This document shows positions 49,473 to 54,525 of a DNA stretch of 54,525 nt, piece by piece; position 1 is the stretch's first letter, and every line of letters starts with the position of its first letter. Below the pieces are notes generated by a model, which saw nothing but the letters and a program-made list of their open reading frames with translations, was not told the origin of the DNA and did not search any database. This DNA is from Candidatus Methanophagaceae archaeon GoMg2. Lineage in GTDB: Archaea; Halobacteriota; Syntropharchaeia; Alkanophagales; Methanospirareceae. A program made the position numbers and the translations under genes. The DNA lies in contig QBUM01000251.1 in the NCBI GenBank assembly GCA_013180585.1, positions 1 through 54,525 on the forward strand, given 5' to 3'.

Positions 49473-49640
49473 ACCTTAAATACCTCCTTTCTTTGGTGAT
49501 GCTCTTTACTCTTCCGCATCACCTGTCATTTATATCTTCGCTCTCTATATAAAGGTTGGCGACGTAAAGCAGTTATAACCACACAAAAAGCACATTTTCC
49601 TGCACCTGTTGTCTTGGCTATCCGTAAAATCTTGCAGCAA

Positions 49641-50204
49641 TTATCTCGCTGCCTTTGCCATCCGCTCTTTCTCTTCCTTCTTATTTATCGAATAGCATTT
49701 CGCGTTCTTCGCCGCATTTGTTATCTCATCGGCAAGGCACTTCTCCATACTCCTCTTGCTCTTGAATGCGCATTTCTGCGCTCCGTGTGCGATGAAGAGT
49801 AACGCCTGATCTACCTTTCGCTGTGAAGTTACATCCACGGGTTTAGGAACTAATATACCACCAAATCTCAATCTGATTGTATCCTCTCTCGGTCCCGCGT
49901 TTTGTATGGCATCCACGAGCATCTGAACCGGATTCTGTTTCGTATTCTCGTATATCAAATCAAAAGCGGCTTTTACTATTTTATATGCCTTCTGTTTCTT
50001 GCCCGTGTTCCTCTCGGACATCATCAATTTATTGATGAGCCGCTCCACCACGCAAACTTTTGATTGCTCAAACTGCTGTTTTGCATGTCGCCCTCCACTA
50101 TGCAGTGCCGAGACCGACCGGAGACTGATATGCCGCTCTACACCCATATCAGCCACCGTTACATCATTAATGTCCCATTTATCAAATATCTTATCAAATG
50201 CCAT
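49641..50204 (-). CDS. rps7: 30S ribosomal protein S7
   Basis: HSGGRHAKQQF, VERLINKLM, NAGPRED, KKEEKERMAKAAR. Confidence 0.97.
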   Translation of the reverse strand: MAFDKIFDKWDINDVTVADMGVERHISLRSVSALHSGGRHAKQQFEQSKVCVVERLINKLMMSERNTGKKQKAYKIVKAAFDLIYENTKQNPVQMLVDAIQNAGPREDTIRLRFGGILVPKPVDVTSQRKVDQALLFIAHGAQKCAFKSKRSMEKCLADEITNAAKNAKCYSINKKEEKERMAKAAR

Positions 50205-50630
50205 TTACCTCAGAACCTTCTCCTTCTTTCCCTTTATCAATTCATGCAGTGAAATATCAGTTACCGCCACCACCTTGAATCTGACACCAGATAGATCCCC
50301 GTATGACCTACCTTTCCTTCCACCCATTCCTACTATCAATACCTCATCGTGCTCGTCTATAAACTTTATAGCACCGTCACCAGGGCAAAAAGCAGTTACC
50401 TGCTTCCCATTCTTTATTAACTGGACACGAACACATTTTCTTATCGCTGAGTTTGGTTGCTTTGCCTCTATCCCCACTTTTTCTAGGACAATAGCCTTGC
50501 CCATATGCGCACCTTCCAGCGGGTCGCTCCTTTTAGCAGAATATATTCTCCGTGCATAGCTCGCATCTCGCCGCCGGAACTTCCGCCTATTCTCCTTCGC
50601 CTTTCTTGCTGCGTATATTCCTTTTCCCAT
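50205..50630 (-). CDS. rps12: 30S ribosomal protein S12
   Basis: [22 protein letters not shown]. Confidence 0.98.
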   Translation of the reverse strand: MGKGIYAARKAKENRRKFRRRDASYARRIYSAKRSDPLEGAHMGKAIVLEKVGIEAKQPNSAIRKCVRVQLIKNGKQVTAFCPGDGAIKFIDEHDEVLIVGMGGRKGRSYGDLSGVRFKVVAVTDISLHELIKGKKEKVLR

Positions 50631-50701
50631 CGTTACTGAAACTCTTCCTTTTTAATAGGAATTACTTATTCAATAAAACTTTACGTTCAAAAATGTCTTT
50701 C

Positions 50702-51130
50702 TTATTTGATTATCACATCGTCTATATCTTGAAGCCGGTTCACCAATAATTTCACTTTTTTTATCTTCTCCCCACCCTTGCCGATTGCAATACCCTTGTC
50801 TTTATTCGGAACCACCACATAGACTACACTTTTGTCGTCTTTCGTCTGCATCTCCACGCTCTTCACAGAAACCGGGCGGAACAGATTCTCTATGAATTCA
50901 TTTATATCGGGTGAGTGTTCTACAACCTCCACATCCCGCCTTAACATATCTTTTACTTTAGTTATGTTAGAACCGCCTTTGCCTATGGCTAATCCCATAT
51001 CTCCCTTCTTAACCACCAGTATCACTTTATTTGCTTCGTTATCCACTATACAATCCATGGCGCCGGCACCTGTAATCCTCTCGAATACGCCTATGCACCT
51101 TATATCCTCAGTATCCAGCTTCACCGTCAT
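50702..51130 (-). CDS. nusA: Archaeal NusA (KH-domain) transcription factor
   Basis: Two AIGKGG KH motifs; canonical operon position. Confidence 0.94.
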   Translation of the reverse strand: MTVKLDTEDIRCIGVFERITGAGAMDCIVDNEANKVILVVKKGDMGLAIGKGGSNITKVKDMLRRDVEVVEHSPDINEFIENLFRPVSVKSVEMQTKDDKSVVYVVVPNKDKGIAIGKGGEKIKKVKLLVNRLQDIDDVIIK

Positions 51131-51166
51131 TTTCAATCACTTTTTCCCTTCGTTTATACCCGTTAG

Positions 51167-52884
<1,718 letters not shown>

Positions 52885-53597
52885 CTATGCACTCTCCTCT
52901 ATCTCTTCTCTTATTATCTCGTCTATATCTACAACTTTCCCACCTTCTGTTTTTGATGGGTCAACACCATCTTCACCGTATTTGAATTGTACGATGGTAT
53001 CCCTTGTTTCTCGGACTGTTCCATCATACTTCACTTCAAGGTCCTGTAAAGCGTTAATGAGCCGCCTCTGGAAGTATCCGCTCTGAGAAGTACGGACAGC
53101 GGTGTCCACCAATGCTTCCCTGCCTCCAACTGCGTGGAAGAAGTATTCTGTTGGAGATAATCCATCCTTAAATGACGCTCTCACGAAGCCACGCGCATCT
53201 GCACTACGGTCACCGGGTCTAAAGTGAGGCAACGTTCTCTGCTGGTAGCCCCGCCTTATCCGTTCCCCACGGACAGATTGCTGACCCACACACGCAGTCA
53301 TTTGCGTTAAATTGAGCATAGAACCGCGTGCGCCCGATTTTGCCATCAGCACCCCCGGGTTCTTTATGCCAAAATACTTTTCCGCAATATTCCCGGCCTC
53401 ATCTCTCGCACGGCCAAGATTCTGCATTATCAACAGCTCCAGCGACTCCTCCACTGTCCGCCCTGGTAAAGCCTCCAGCTCTTCTGCATCGTACGCCCTT
53501 ATCAACAAATCAACATTCTTCTCTGCTTCACGCACCGCCTCTTCTCTTATCTGCTCTTTCCCTTCCTTTGGTATATCCTCATCGCTTATCCCGAAGC
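52885..53597 (-). CDS. rpoA1: RNA polymerase subunit A' (Rpo1N), C-terminal part; truncated at the inversion junction
   Basis: FGISDEDIP...SGARGS..N..Q, RTLPHF, GGREALVDTAVRTSQSGYFQRRL; the ORF-track N-terminus MMVNSFAIC is an artefact of the junction. Confidence 0.93.
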
Positions 53598-54525
53598 ATA
53601 TCGCAAAAGAGTTAACCATCACCGTTAATGTGACTGAACGAAACCGTAAACTATTGAGCGAGACCGTGCAGAGGGGAAAGAACCATCCGGGTGCTAATTA
53701 TGTGCGAAGAGCAGATGGTAAAAAGGTAAAAGTAACGGATATCAATTACGAGACGTTAGCAGAAGAGTTAGGCATAGGGTGGAAGGTGGAAAGGCATCTT
53801 GTAGATGGCGACCTCGTTTTGTTCAACAGGCAGCCCTCTCTGCATAGATTAAGCATAATGGCGCATTATGTGCGTGTGATGCCCGGTAAAACGTTCAGAT
53901 TAAATCCGTCCGTATGTCCCCCATACAATGCCGATTATGACGGTGATGAAATGAACCTGCATGTGCTGCAGACAGAGGAAGCGAGGGCTGAGGTTAAGAT
54001 TCTGATGGCGGTGCAGCGAAACATAATATCACCCAGATTTGGCAGACCTATTATCGGTGGCCTTCACGATTACATCACGGGGATGTTCTTACTTACACAA
54101 GGAGTGAAGAACTTTGAGAAGGAGGCAGTGCTGGATATATTGGATAATGTGGATGTTGATGATTTGGGCGAGCCTGCGGGGACATACACATCAAGCGTTT
54201 ACGAGGAAATCCCGTATTGGCCCAACAAGCAAATATTCAGCCTGATCTTACCTAAGGATCTGGATTTGCAATTTCGTGCTACGGTATGCGAGAAGTGCAT
54301 TGAGAAAGGCTTGACGTGTGAGAAAGAGAAATGCCCCCATGAAGCGTATGTTTTAATAAAAGGGGGGAAATTGATATGTGGAGTAATAGATGAGGCAGCG
54401 GTAGGGTCGTTCAAAGGGCGAATAATAGACAGAATATTCAGGCACTATGGGGAAGTACCAGCAAAAGAGTTTATAAGAGATGTTTCTCGGCTCGCTATTA
54501 ATTATATTCTGCAAAGTGGTTTCAG
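53588..54525 (+). CDS. rpoA1: RNA polymerase subunit A' (Rpo1N), central part, in opposite orientation; open at both ends
   Basis: Uninterrupted + frame absent from the ORF track: IPKHIAKELT..HPGANY..VERHL.DGD.VLFNRQPSLHRLSIMAH..YNADYDGDEMNLH..ISPRFG..LQSGF(S). Confidence 0.93.
   Translation, partial: MPKHIAKELTITVNVTERNRKLLSETVQRGKNHPGANYVRRADGKKVKVTDINYETLAEELGIGWKVERHLVDGDLVLFNRQPSLHRLSIMAHYVRVMPGKTFRLNPSVCPPYNADYDGDEMNLHVLQTEEARAEVKILMAVQRNIISPRFGRPIIGGLHDYITGMFLLTQGVKNFEKEAVLDILDNVDVDDLGEPAGTYTSSVYEEIPYWPNKQIFSLILPKDLDLQFRATVCEKCIEKGLTCEKEKCPHEAYVLIKGGKLICGVIDEAAVGSFKGRIIDRIFRHYGEVPAKEFIRDVSRLAINYILQSGF

Noticed and set aside
53598..53622. Split rpoA1 with an independent start MMVNSFAIC
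   Set aside because: These codons are the antisense of the inverted + strand rpoA1 segment, not a real N-terminus.

Overview
Archaeal chromosomal segment, most consistent with a methane/alkane-metabolising Halobacteriota lineage such as Methanophagales/ANME-1. This is inferred from the FwdB and AtwA-like genes and the PEF-CTERM/NosD surface proteins; no database check was possible. Most of the window is housekeeping: proS, ribB/ribK, thrC, pheS, thiL, aroA/aroC, pgk/gap, HMG-CoA synthase/thiolase, cdc6-rpl7ae-rps28e-rpl24e, the rpoA1-rpoA2-rpl30e-nusA-rps12-rps7 operon and three tRNAs (Thr-CGT, Arg-CCG, Glu-CTC). Main observations: (1) a dispersed family of about nine 110-165 bp palindromic MITE-like elements with terminal inverted repeats, 8-bp target-site duplications and internal ~10-bp-period repeats, plus two related elements that suggest interchangeable ends and cores; (2) about 0.94 kb of rpoA1 inverted at a probable 10-bp microhomology at the window end, most likely a chimera or assembly artefact, carrying NADYDGD instead of NADFDGD; (3) a group II chaperonin paralogue that has lost both catalytic aspartates and the P-loop threonines; (4) a bacterial-type class I GAPDH with an NADP-type signature next to an archaeal PGK; (5) a modular beta-helix surface protein with an SGNH-hydrolase cassette, beside a rearrangement scar containing an orphan antitoxin, a possible toxin stub and a spare sorting signal; (6) tRNA-Thr directly abutting the proS start codon. 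No CRISPR array, rRNA or intact transposase was seen.
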